Of a stretch of 64,000 nucleotides of DNA, positions 30,174 through 39,339 are shown piece after piece. A program made the position numbers and the translations under genes. The stretch lies in the IMG/VR virus record IMGVR_UViG_3300042894_004034, positions 1-64,000 of that record. One strand, written 5' to 3'. Within the stretch, counting starts at the first letter, position 1; the number at the start of each line of letters is the position of its first letter. The notes beneath the pieces are model-generated. The model saw only the letters and a program-made list of their open reading frames with translations. It was not told where the DNA came from and did no database searches. This stretch comes from a virus. Its lineage: Duplodnaviria > Heunggongvirae > Uroviricota > Caudoviricetes.

Positions 30174-30620
30174 ATGACAAAAACTCTCACCCTTCGTAGT
30201 TTCGATATTCCTGCAATTCACAAGTTTGGAATTGGATTTGATAATCTATTTGACGACCTTATGCGTGTCACACAGCATCAAGCCACTACAAACTATCCTC
30301 CCCACAATGTGATCAAAACTGGCGACGACACTGTCACCATTGAAGTTGCTGTGGCTGGATTTGCTGAAGGAGAAATTGATATCAGTCTGGATAAACGTCA
30401 GTTGGTGATCTCTGGTGCCAAAGCAACAGAACAAGATCAAGCTCACGAATATCTACATCGTGGTATTTCACAACGCGACTTTAAACAAACATTCCCACTC
30501 AGTGAGCATGTGGAAGTAAACGGCGCAAGCATCAGCAATGGTATCTTGACTGTGTATCTGGAACGCAAAGTTCCTGAGTCAGCCAAGCCTAAAAGTATTG
30601 CAATCACATACGCAGTATAA
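30174..30620 (+). CDS. small heat-shock protein, Hsp20/IbpA family
   Basis: Alpha-crystallin domain pattern: IEVAVAGFAEGEIDISLDKRQLVISG ... GILTVYLER. SD AGGAGAAAAAC. Confidence 0.8.
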   Translation: MTKTLTLRSFDIPAIHKFGIGFDNLFDDLMRVTQHQATTNYPPHNVIKTGDDTVTIEVAVAGFAEGEIDISLDKRQLVISGAKATEQDQAHEYLHRGISQRDFKQTFPLSEHVEVNGASISNGILTVYLERKVPESAKPKSIAITYAV

Positions 30621-30638
30621 TATAATTGTGTAAATACA

Positions 30639-30983
30639 GTGGTGGAACTGTTCCACCACTCCATAAGGAACAACATGGCAAACGCAGAAGCAGCAACTAT
30701 TTCAAAAACAAAAAAAGCCATCAAGGAGCCGTCTCTTTACCGTGTGATCTATATCAATGACAGCACCACTGCCATGGAATTTGTGATAGAGAGTCTAGTG
30801 GAATTTTTTGGTTATACTGAAGAAACTGCCACAGAACTCACTGTAAGCATACATGAGCACGGATCAGCTATTGTTGCAGTGTTGCCTTATGAAATCGCCG
30901 AACAAAAAGGCGTAGAGGTTACTGAAAGTGCAAGAAAGCAGCAGTATCCATTACAGATCAAACTAGAGCCTGACGCCGAATAA
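30639..30983 (+). CDS. clpS: ClpS adaptor protein
   Basis: Near-colinear with E. coli ClpS: PSLYRVIYINDSTTAMEFVIESLVEFFGY...ATELTVSIHEHG. The second pocket Asp is Ser here (NDS vs NDD). Confidence 0.8.
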   Translation: MVELFHHSIRNNMANAEAATISKTKKAIKEPSLYRVIYINDSTTAMEFVIESLVEFFGYTEETATELTVSIHEHGSAIVAVLPYEIAEQKGVEVTESARKQQYPLQIKLEPDAE

Positions 30984-30991
30984 GTTCGGGA

Positions 30992-31795
30992 TCACGTTTC
31001 TACAACAATTCTTTTGGGAAAATAAGGTGCCTGTTTGTAAGGGGTGTCGCCTCGGCCCCGACAGTTGTTGACAAATCTCACCCCATTTACATTTTGATCC
31101 ACGGCCCCGTGATAGTGACCAAAACACCAGGTATGTATTTTGTGCTCAGTGTCATTGGTGCGTACTAGATTCATGAGTCGATTGCCCATGTGATTAAATT
31201 GTACAGTACCGGCTAGTACAATATCATGTTGTATCAAATTTGCACCCGGTACTGTGTGCGTGACAATCACAATCTTTTTGACATCGTTGTGCGTTTGTAA
31301 TTTTTGTACACTGTTGATCAGATAAGCAGCGTCAGCTCTGGCACAATTGCTAAGTTCTTCAGGGTCAATTGAGTGTCCGGGCATGAATCGTTCATACCAA
31401 TCTACCATGCGTTGTTTGCCCTCGTCTCGACTGATGGATGTGTCCAGATCGTAGCCCCACCAACCATTGGTTCCTAGAATAGCCACACCGTCGATTATTA
31501 TCACGTTTTCCTGGAGATAAGTCACTCTCTGCAATTTGCCTATTGTTCTGGCCAGATCGCGATAGCTTTCTCCTAGCTCATGATATCTGTATCGGTGTTC
31601 ATCATTGCCGTCGATATAAAACACAGCAGCATAACAGTTTGACAGATGTTTCAGTGTGTTTCTTACTATTTTGGGATCTGGACTTATGTCACCTGCTACC
31701 ACACAAACAGGACTGGTGGGCTGACCACTCCAGTTGAATTCTTCAGACCAGGTGTCCAAATGTAGATCAGAAATTAAATCAAAGGTCATGCTCAT
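30992..31795 (-). CDS. calcineurin-like metallophosphoesterase
   Basis: GDISPD, GNDEHRY, GHYHG metal-binding motifs. Confidence 0.6.
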   Translation of the reverse strand: MSMTFDLISDLHLDTWSEEFNWSGQPTSPVCVVAGDISPDPKIVRNTLKHLSNCYAAVFYIDGNDEHRYRYHELGESYRDLARTIGKLQRVTYLQENVIIIDGVAILGTNGWWGYDLDTSISRDEGKQRMVDWYERFMPGHSIDPEELSNCARADAAYLINSVQKLQTHNDVKKIVIVTHTVPGANLIQHDIVLAGTVQFNHMGNRLMNLVRTNDTEHKIHTWCFGHYHGAVDQNVNGVRFVNNCRGRGDTPYKQAPYFPKRIVVET

Positions 31796-31819
31796 GATAC
31801 ATATTTAAAAGGAATTGAC

Positions 31820-32176
31820 ATGCACATAATATTTGGAGAAGAGATTGGCCAAGCCGCCGCAGAAAAGTACATTGTTCTGGAACTGGATACATTTGAGATC
31901 AAAGGAAAAGAATCTCCAATGACTGCATACGCTCTTGTAGAGCATGTGCCATTACAGGACATGCCCACAATGAATCACTTTCATGATCTGCACACCAATC
32001 TCATGGTTGAATACCGCAAACGCAACTGGAAGTATTGTGAAGACGCCATGGAACATTTACAGGGCAAATGGAATGGAGACTTGGACACTTTTTATACCGA
32101 GTTGAACACCCGTATTCAACGGCTAAAGACCGAATCATTACCCGACCACTGGTCCGGAACTGTTCTTAAGAGCTAG
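31820..32176 (+). CDS. hypothetical protein
   Basis: ORF. Confidence 0.4.
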   Translation: MHIIFGEEIGQAAAEKYIVLELDTFEIKGKESPMTAYALVEHVPLQDMPTMNHFHDLHTNLMVEYRKRNWKYCEDAMEHLQGKWNGDLDTFYTELNTRIQRLKTESLPDHWSGTVLKS

Positions 32177-33430
32177 GTAATTCAATACCTGATCTATTTC
32201 TTTTTGTGAACGAGTATCGTTGATTCCCAAGATACGATCTAGTTCTTGAAATTTCTTCCAGTGTTTTCCGGTACAATGTTGATTGACAGTAATTATGGCT
32301 TGATTCATATTGTCAACATATTCTTGTACTATGCTGGCTTGCCAGGCAGCTGAAAAAAATCTCTGCTTGTTTCTCTCAGCAATTTTGTGCAGTTGATTCC
32401 ATAGTATGATTTTATCCGCTGGACACATGGCAGCAATCCTGGTGATTTCCTGAATCACAGCGGCCAATCTAGCCACCGGATCTGTTTCAAGATCATAAGA
32501 CTCATCAATAAGATCTCCAAAGGTCTCAAATCCGTAACTGCGCAAATATTCTAAGCTACCGGTAGTGGCAACCAGCATAAAGGGTTTGCCACACGCAATA
32601 GGGCGCAGCGCCTTTTCTGTGAGATGCAATCGTGAATCATCAAACAAGGTTTCCAGCACAATTTCCATGCCTGTTTGAGCATAATCCTGATTGTTGTAAT
32701 CGGCACTGGCATGAGAATTATGTGTGTTTGCAGGCAATACTGTTTCTAGATTTGCATTAGTGATTGCCAAATTGGAATTCTCAAACTTGTGTTGACTATA
32801 GTGCATGTCTGAATCCACAGGTGCAAAACTGGTGCGGCAATATTCCACTAAACCTGCTTTAATCAATTGATCAGCAAATGCTAGTCTATATTCTCTAGTA
32901 CCTGACCAAGCACGATTGTATATTAAAAAATCTTGCATAAACGTGGCGGTATTATATTGCAACACAGGATCATGCGCAGCATATCTAAACCAATCAGCTG
33001 CAATCACAGCATGACTCCAGTAGTACACAGGTAAGAATCCATGTTGGAGGTAGATATCTGCCTCTGAGCTATTTTTTTCCGAATGCACAAGCAAAACATA
33101 ATCATACAGACTGGTATGAATTGATCCTTTAAGGTGCCGTGATTTTTGGTACTCAATATATTTGTCTTCTAAATATAAAGAATTCGATTGGTGTTTGTCC
33201 ACACATAGTCGAGCAAAATCATCTAGATTCCAATAACAAAAATTCAGCGGCTCCTGGTCATGAAAAATTGTTGGTGGCCTGGTCATCATTTTAGACCAAT
33301 CTACGTATGAATATAACGGCGTTAGATCTTCAAGTTTTTTTGAGCCATGTGGCCAAAAGCGATAAATTGTTATATCATGATTGACAACGTCATGCAAAAA
33401 GTTGTATAATCTATCTAAAGGAACTGACAT
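32138..33430 (-). CDS. hypothetical enzyme, paralogue family member A (shared C-terminal module with 48180..49205 and 49186..50175)
   Basis: C-terminal block KPFMLVATTGSLEYLRSYGFETFGDLIDESYDL aligns with the other two paralogues. Confidence 0.5.
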   Translation of the reverse strand: MSVPLDRLYNFLHDVVNHDITIYRFWPHGSKKLEDLTPLYSYVDWSKMMTRPPTIFHDQEPLNFCYWNLDDFARLCVDKHQSNSLYLEDKYIEYQKSRHLKGSIHTSLYDYVLLVHSEKNSSEADIYLQHGFLPVYYWSHAVIAADWFRYAAHDPVLQYNTATFMQDFLIYNRAWSGTREYRLAFADQLIKAGLVEYCRTSFAPVDSDMHYSQHKFENSNLAITNANLETVLPANTHNSHASADYNNQDYAQTGMEIVLETLFDDSRLHLTEKALRPIACGKPFMLVATTGSLEYLRSYGFETFGDLIDESYDLETDPVARLAAVIQEITRIAAMCPADKIILWNQLHKIAERNKQRFFSAAWQASIVQEYVDNMNQAIITVNQHCTGKHWKKFQELDRILGINDTRSQKEIDQVLNYLALKNSSGPVVG

Positions 33431-33432
33431 AT

Positions 33433-34671
33433 ATGAAGAATATTGGATTTATTGGAATTGGAAAATTGGGCCTGGACTGTGCAGAAGTTTTTGCTGAACA
33501 GCACACAGTACGGGGATATGATATTTACCCGCGAATCAGTGACTCAGTGAAAGTTTGTGACATAGACGAACTTGTGAATCAAAGCGAGTGGATCTTTATT
33601 GCTGTGCCAACTCCACACCAGGAAGGTTACGATGGATCTGTTCCAAGCAGCCATATGAAACCCAAAGACTTTGGTCACGATGCTGTGATTGACGCTATCA
33701 AGAACATAAACAAATATGCAACTAGTCCAAAAAAGATTGTGTTGATCAGTACAGTATTGCCCGGGACCACACGCCGCAAGTTTTTCCCACTGCTGGATCC
33801 ACAGCATCAGTTCCTGTATAACCCTTATCTAATTGCCATGGGATCGGTCAAATGGGACATGGTCAACCCAGAAATGGTCATGATTGGCACCGAAGATGGC
33901 AACCCCAATGCTCTAGCAGGCGAACTGATTGATCTGTACAAGACTATTATGGCAAACAATCCACGCTACGAAATTGGCACCTGGGACGAATGCGAAGCCA
34001 TTAAAATTTTCTACAACACATTCATCAGTGCCAAAGTTGGTCTGGTCAACATGATTCAGGACTTTGCTCTACGTATTGGACACATCAATGTTGATGTGGT
34101 CACAGATGCCTTGGCTCGTAGTACCATGCGTATCATGGGACCCAAGTACATGACAGCGGGCATGGGCGATGCAGGTGCTTGTCATCCACGTGATAACATT
34201 GCTCTGCGTTGGTTAGCAGAAGAATACAACATTGGCTACGATTTGTTTGATACTGTGATGCATGCTAGAGAAATACAAGCCAAAAACTTGGCTCAGTTCC
34301 TGATTGATCAAGCTGCATTGCACAGTCTGCCTGTGGTGATTCATGGCAAAGCATACAAGCCAGACGTTCCTTATTGCATTGGCAGTTACAGTACCCTGGT
34401 TGGATTTTATCTAGAACAAGCAGGGCACCAAGTGGTCTATATTGATCCTCTTGCAGATGATCGAACCCACGTGGTTGACAGTGTGGATTACCCTGCGGTG
34501 TTTCTTTGGGCACACAATCGCAAAATCACGTATGAATACACTGGCGACCAATTGGATACCCAACCCTACTGTGCTATCAAACCGGGCAGCATTATTGTTG
34601 ATCCTTGGCGCAAACTGACTTCAACTGCGGAGTACGAAGTCGTTCACTATGGCAACACTCGACCAAAATAA
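33433..34671 (+). CDS. UDP-glucose/GDP-mannose dehydrogenase family protein
   Basis: N-terminal Rossmann GFIGIGKLG. Catalytic-Cys motif GDAGACHPRD (cf. GGSCFPKD). 412 aa. Confidence 0.55.
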   Translation: MKNIGFIGIGKLGLDCAEVFAEQHTVRGYDIYPRISDSVKVCDIDELVNQSEWIFIAVPTPHQEGYDGSVPSSHMKPKDFGHDAVIDAIKNINKYATSPKKIVLISTVLPGTTRRKFFPLLDPQHQFLYNPYLIAMGSVKWDMVNPEMVMIGTEDGNPNALAGELIDLYKTIMANNPRYEIGTWDECEAIKIFYNTFISAKVGLVNMIQDFALRIGHINVDVVTDALARSTMRIMGPKYMTAGMGDAGACHPRDNIALRWLAEEYNIGYDLFDTVMHAREIQAKNLAQFLIDQAALHSLPVVIHGKAYKPDVPYCIGSYSTLVGFYLEQAGHQVVYIDPLADDRTHVVDSVDYPAVFLWAHNRKITYEYTGDQLDTQPYCAIKPGSIIVDPWRKLTSTAEYEVVHYGNTRPK

Positions 34672-35170
34672 CATCTGGGTCCAGGGGCATATAGATGTTA
34701 CCTGGGGTCTACAACATCGTGAGCTTGTCTATATAAACGAACAGTTCAATGATCGAGAAAGTCTAGCAGAATGGCGTCAGCTGGGATATACGCAAAGTAA
34801 ATTTACCGGGGACATGTATGACATGCGTTTCCCTGAGCCTGTCTGGATGCAATCTATCTGTGACAAGTTTCCTTGGACCAAGCTAGGATGGAGTGTGTAT
34901 TGTATGTCGCCAGGTACAGTATTACCAGCACACAGAGACAGCTACAACAGATTCAAACTCATACACGGGCTTGAATCAACACAGTCAGTGGTTCGTACCA
35001 TTGTGTTCTTAGAAGACTGGGACAGTGGGCATTACCTGGAAATGAACGGTGCTCCTATTACCAATTGGCGTGCTGGTGATTGGGTCAGCTGGCGCGATGA
35101 TTTCTTACACCTGGCCGCCAACGTTGGCAAAACTGATCGCTATACTCTACAATTAACCGGGACCGCATGA
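34649..35170 (+). CDS. hypothetical protein (possible cupin/2OG-oxygenase-like HxD...H)
   Basis: PAHRDSY ... FLHLAAN. Weak. Confidence 0.3.
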   Translation: MATLDQNNIWVQGHIDVTWGLQHRELVYINEQFNDRESLAEWRQLGYTQSKFTGDMYDMRFPEPVWMQSICDKFPWTKLGWSVYCMSPGTVLPAHRDSYNRFKLIHGLESTQSVVRTIVFLEDWDSGHYLEMNGAPITNWRAGDWVSWRDDFLHLAANVGKTDRYTLQLTGTA

Positions 35171-36096
35171 AAATTTTCAGTCACGATGAATACAGTACAC
35201 TCAAGAGCATAGTGGTCGGCGACGCTAGTCATGCAAACTGGCCTGTCAACGATCCGGTGTTTAGCTCAGAAGCAGAGCGTACACTCTGGAAAGAAACACC
35301 TCTACCTGCTGGTCCTGTGCCACAATGGATCATAGACGAAGCCAATCAAGACCTGCAAACGCTGGCAGACACGTTGACAGCACACGGTGTTGAAGTAGTA
35401 CGTCCGGATCCACTGAATTTTCAGGTCCACGATGGCCTCTACAACTACTGTCCGCGTGATAGACTAATTGTGCATGGGTCAATTGTGGTCGATCCTGCCA
35501 TGATGTATCCTTGTAGAGATATGGAACTACAGTGTTATCATGATATTTTACAAGCAGCAGATCAAGTTATCACAATGCCACGAGCTGCAGGCATGGTTCT
35601 AGACGCTGCTAATATTTTGCGTGTGACACAACACAAGTGGTTGTTTCTTGAATCAGCCTCAGGCAATCGAGCAGCATACGAATGGTTGTGCAATCAGTTT
35701 CCTGATGTGGATATTGAACTGTGCAACTTCTATGCTGGTGTGCATATTGATTCGACTATTGTGGCCTTGAATGCAGAACAATTTGTTGTGAATGGCAGCA
35801 GGCTAGATCGGAATAGAAAAGATCTACCACGACATCTCAAGGGCAAAGAGATATTTTTTGTTGACGAAGTGGTGGCACAAGGATTCTATCAATATCCGTA
35901 TGCTTCAAAATGGATTGGACTCAACATGTTGAGCATTGATCCTCATACAGTCATAGTTGATGCCAAACAACAAGCCATGATACAGGCTCTGGAACAGGGC
36001 ATGGGCATGACAGTTATTCCGCTAGAACTGCGTCACAGCAGAACGCTGGGCGGCGGTTTTCATTGTGTGACTCTAGATCTGCATAGAGAGCCATGA
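35167..36096 (+). CDS. guanidino-group-modifying enzyme superfamily (agmatine deiminase/amidinotransferase-like)
   Basis: C-terminal GGGFHCVTLDL matches the GGG(N/I)HC(I/V)T catalytic-Cys motif of agmatine deiminase/PPAD/amidinotransferases. Confidence 0.5.
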   Translation: MKIFSHDEYSTLKSIVVGDASHANWPVNDPVFSSEAERTLWKETPLPAGPVPQWIIDEANQDLQTLADTLTAHGVEVVRPDPLNFQVHDGLYNYCPRDRLIVHGSIVVDPAMMYPCRDMELQCYHDILQAADQVITMPRAAGMVLDAANILRVTQHKWLFLESASGNRAAYEWLCNQFPDVDIELCNFYAGVHIDSTIVALNAEQFVVNGSRLDRNRKDLPRHLKGKEIFFVDEVVAQGFYQYPYASKWIGLNMLSIDPHTVIVDAKQQAMIQALEQGMGMTVIPLELRHSRTLGGGFHCVTLDLHREP

Positions 36097-36641
36097 ATAT
36101 AGCCTGGCTGTTGGCTGAAAATACTCTGTTGCCGCCGGGTCAGGACACACAACCCATGCGTGACATTGCACCCATCTGGGGCAGCTGGCGCACTCAACGA
36201 GCATATCAAACTGACAATGTGGTGTGCTGGGATGCCGACCAAGCAGCGGTGTTGATCGAGCAAGGCTACGCTGATGTATGCAATCTTTACATTCCAGAAA
36301 CTGTTTATGAAACTCTGCACAAACCGCCGCGTGTTAATGTGTTTGGCGGAGCATTTGATTTTGTTGTGGATTCTGTGGATGACATTGTGGCTGCTCATTT
36401 ATCGGCCAGTGTGGCAGATGTCATAATCATGGTGGGGTTTGACCTGGAATCCAAACCCAACGCAAAGGTCAGCCGAAACAACTATATTGGATTGTTAGCG
36501 CAGTCGATTCGTGACAGCGGAAAACAGTGGGTGATAGTGGATCATCCAAAAAATCTTGACGAGCCTATCCAAAAACTCTCCAATATCACTAGAGATTTAT
36601 TACCAAATGTGTTACAATTACTGAACAACAACAGTGATTGA
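36093..36641 (+). CDS. hypothetical protein
   Basis: ORF. Confidence 0.4.
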   Translation: MNIAWLLAENTLLPPGQDTQPMRDIAPIWGSWRTQRAYQTDNVVCWDADQAAVLIEQGYADVCNLYIPETVYETLHKPPRVNVFGGAFDFVVDSVDDIVAAHLSASVADVIIMVGFDLESKPNAKVSRNNYIGLLAQSIRDSGKQWVIVDHPKNLDEPIQKLSNITRDLLPNVLQLLNNNSD

Positions 36642-37671
36642 TATGACTATACCCCAAATTGGTTTTTGTTGCAAATGGCTCAATGATCCGTCCGAATGCG
36701 GCGGCATGAAAGTCAATGCTGTGGACCGTGAACTAAACGGCCGATCAACCACCATGCGCTGGCTTCGAGAGCACAAGGATGAAGCTGAACAGCGGCAATG
36801 GGACATAATGAATCACAATGCCACAGCAGCAGTTCGCATGATTGAACGAGTGGCTACCCTGCCTGAAGGTCGTAGAATGGTACGGCTGGGTTCAGAAATG
36901 CTGCAAGGCTATACTGAACCTTCATGGATCGACTGGTGGCAGCGCAAAGAGATACAAGATCACTGTGAACGGATCTTTGCTCCTGTGGGCGAAACTGCCC
37001 GCAGACTGGGTGTGCGACTCAGCTTCCATCCCGGACAGTTTTGTGTGCTGGCCAGCGAGCATGACGTGATTGTGGAACGCAGTATCCTGGAATTTGAGTA
37101 TCATGCAGACATGGCCCGCTGGATGGGCTATGGAAAAAGTTGGCATGACTCGGGATTCAAGATAAATGTACATTTAAGTGGCAAAGGTGGTGTCACTAAA
37201 TTCCTAAAGACCTTGGGTCGCCTCAGTTCCGAGGCCAGGAATCTTATCTCCATCGAAAATGACGAAATGACAAATGGCATCGATTCTACTTTACTTGTGG
37301 CTGAGCATGTGGCTCTTGTGCTGGACATACACCATCACTGGATCAACTCCGGAGAATACATCACGCCTGCGGACCCTCGTGCGCAACGGGTTGTTGAGTC
37401 TTGGCGTGGTGTTCGTCCTGCTCTTCACTACAGTGTTAGCCGTGAAGATATTTTGGTGGGTCACGATCACCGAGTTCGACCCGATCTTGCTGGACTACTT
37501 GCAGCAGGTTTTAAAAAGCAGAAGCTCCGGGCACACAGCGATATGATGTGGAACACTGCCTGCAATGAATGGGCCCTGACATTTGGTGATCAGTGGGATA
37601 TTCAGTGTGAGGCCAAGGGCAAGAATCTTGCCAGTGAGCAGGTGTACAATCAGCGACTGGCCCAGACATGA
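36634..37671 (+). CDS. UV-damage endonuclease (UvdE)-like TIM-barrel protein
   Basis: FHPGQF, ENDE, HHH motifs resemble UvdE/xylose-isomerase-like TIM barrel metal sites. Recalled from memory only. Confidence 0.4.
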   Translation: MIDMTIPQIGFCCKWLNDPSECGGMKVNAVDRELNGRSTTMRWLREHKDEAEQRQWDIMNHNATAAVRMIERVATLPEGRRMVRLGSEMLQGYTEPSWIDWWQRKEIQDHCERIFAPVGETARRLGVRLSFHPGQFCVLASEHDVIVERSILEFEYHADMARWMGYGKSWHDSGFKINVHLSGKGGVTKFLKTLGRLSSEARNLISIENDEMTNGIDSTLLVAEHVALVLDIHHHWINSGEYITPADPRAQRVVESWRGVRPALHYSVSREDILVGHDHRVRPDLAGLLAAGFKKQKLRAHSDMMWNTACNEWALTFGDQWDIQCEAKGKNLASEQVYNQRLAQT

Positions 37672-37964
37672 ACGATATACTACCCAACATTTTTTCTTGG
37701 ATACGAGATGACTATAAAACTTACCCTGTGCGTTTTGCAGTTGAGATTGTGGCTTGGGCAGTGTCTATTGGCTGCTCGATCACAATGGCGATCACCGTCC
37801 CAAACCCTCCGTTGTTGTACATGTATCCTATCTGGATCACTGGTTGTGCCATGTATGCTTGGGCTAGTTATACTAGGAAATCTTTTGGTATGCTGGCTAA
37901 CTACATCCTGTTGGTGAGCATAGACATGGTGGGACTGGTTCGCATGATTCTGCAAATTGTGTAA
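37668..37964 (+). CDS. small membrane protein
   Basis: Three hydrophobic segments. Confidence 0.4.
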   Translation: MNDILPNIFSWIRDDYKTYPVRFAVEIVAWAVSIGCSITMAITVPNPPLLYMYPIWITGCAMYAWASYTRKSFGMLANYILLVSIDMVGLVRMILQIV

Positions 37965-37977
37965 CAAAATTGTAACA
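37960..37977 (+). promoter_or_regulatory. Pho-box-like direct repeat TGTAACA-N4-TGTAACA upstream of pstS
   Basis: Two 7-bp repeats at 11-bp periodicity, 39 nt before pstS ATG. Second copy at 39291..39308. Confidence 0.45.
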
Positions 37978-38015
37978 TTTTAGTCATTAAATAAATGTAC
38001 TAACAAGGAGTCAAG

Positions 38016-39011
38016 ATGAAAAAATTATTAGCTATTCTATTATCAGTTGTTGCAGTTTCTGCAACAGCACAAGAAGTTACAGGAGCCGGTGCAACATTTC
38101 CGGCTCCGTTGTATTCAAAGTGGGCTAGTGACTACAACCGCGTGACCAACATCAAAATCAACTATCAGTCAGTTGGCTCAGGTGCAGGTATCAAACAGAT
38201 TGAAGCCAAGACAGTCACGTTTGGTGCAAGTGATATGCCACTCACAGATGATCGACTAAAAGATCTGGGACTATTCCAGTTCCCCACAGCAATTGGCGGC
38301 GTGGTTCCTGTGATCAACGTCAAGGGCATCGAACCTGGACAAATGAAACTCACAGGCACATTGCTTGCTGATATCTTTCTAGGCAAAATTACTCGCTGGG
38401 ATGACGCTGCTATCCGGGCACTAAACCCCTCATTAGCATTACCTGACCAAGCAATCACTGTGGTTCGCAGAGCAGATGGATCAGGAACTACATTTATCTG
38501 GACCAACTATCTCAGCAAGGTATCTAAAGAATTCAAAGACACCATTGGTGAAGGCACAGCAGTCAACTGGAAAGTTGGAGCAGGCGGCAAAGGCAACGAA
38601 GGTGTTGCTGCCATGGTTAGACAACTTCCAGGAACACTGGGCTATGTTGAATTTGCTTATGTAAAACAAACCAAGATGAACTGGGTCAATGTACAGAACG
38701 CTGCTGGCACCTGGGTGGCACCCACAGAAGAATCATTCAAGGCAGCTGCCGCAAATGCTGACTGGAACCGAACATACTTTCAGATTCTAACCAATCAAGC
38801 AGGCAAAGAAGCATGGCCCATCTCAGGTGCTACATTTATCCTAGTGTATTTGAAACCCGAAGATGCTGCTAAATCCAAAACTGCTATTGCTTTCTTTGAC
38901 TGGGCATTTGCCAGTGGAGATCGAGCAGCAGATGACCTAGACTATGTGGCATTGCCTTTAGCAGTGAAGAACAAGATTCGTGCAGACTGGAAACGGTTGG
39001 CACTACACTAA
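38016..39011 (+). CDS. pstS: phosphate ABC transporter substrate-binding protein PstS
   Basis: Signal peptide. TGAGATFPAPLY...SVGSGAGIKQ...GASDMPL...RADGSGTTF PstS hallmarks. SD AAGGAG. Confidence 0.85.
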   Translation: MKKLLAILLSVVAVSATAQEVTGAGATFPAPLYSKWASDYNRVTNIKINYQSVGSGAGIKQIEAKTVTFGASDMPLTDDRLKDLGLFQFPTAIGGVVPVINVKGIEPGQMKLTGTLLADIFLGKITRWDDAAIRALNPSLALPDQAITVVRRADGSGTTFIWTNYLSKVSKEFKDTIGEGTAVNWKVGAGGKGNEGVAAMVRQLPGTLGYVEFAYVKQTKMNWVNVQNAAGTWVAPTEESFKAAAANADWNRTYFQILTNQAGKEAWPISGATFILVYLKPEDAAKSKTAIAFFDWAFASGDRAADDLDYVALPLAVKNKIRADWKRLALH

Positions 39012-39056
39012 ACCGACCGCAAGATTGAGCGGAGGCTGGAACTCGTAACCAGCACT

Positions 39057-39080
39057 AAGGGCCCCAAGGGCTCTTTTTTA
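39057..39080 (+). terminator. weak rho-independent terminator after pstS
   Basis: Short GC stem (GCCC/GGGC) followed by CTCTTTTTTATT. Confidence 0.35.
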
Positions 39081-39131
39081 TTGGCAATTATTTCACTAAC
39101 GGTATAAATAGTTTTCAAGGATGGGCAACTT

Positions 39132-39293
39132 ATGAAACAATCAAAATTGATCACAAAATTATACCGAGCCTGCGTTGACCACGATGACAAGAAGATTCAA
39201 CAACTTCGTCAAGAAGAATATCGAAAAATTCTGAAACACAAGGCTGCTGGCAAGGCATTTACTGCCCGATGGACTCTGGTACAGATATAGTGT
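39132..39293 (+). CDS. small basic protein (~53 aa)
   Basis: ATG with SD AAGGA. Not in the ORF table. Confidence 0.25.
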
Positions 39294-39308
39294 AACACAA
39301 CTGTAACA
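39291..39308 (+). promoter_or_regulatory. Pho-box-like direct repeat TGTAACA-N4-TGTAACA
   Basis: Same 18-nt motif as at 37960, 32 nt before ATG 39340. Confidence 0.45.
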
Positions 39309-39339
39309 TTATTGGGGCGAACTTCTGCTTAAATACCCC

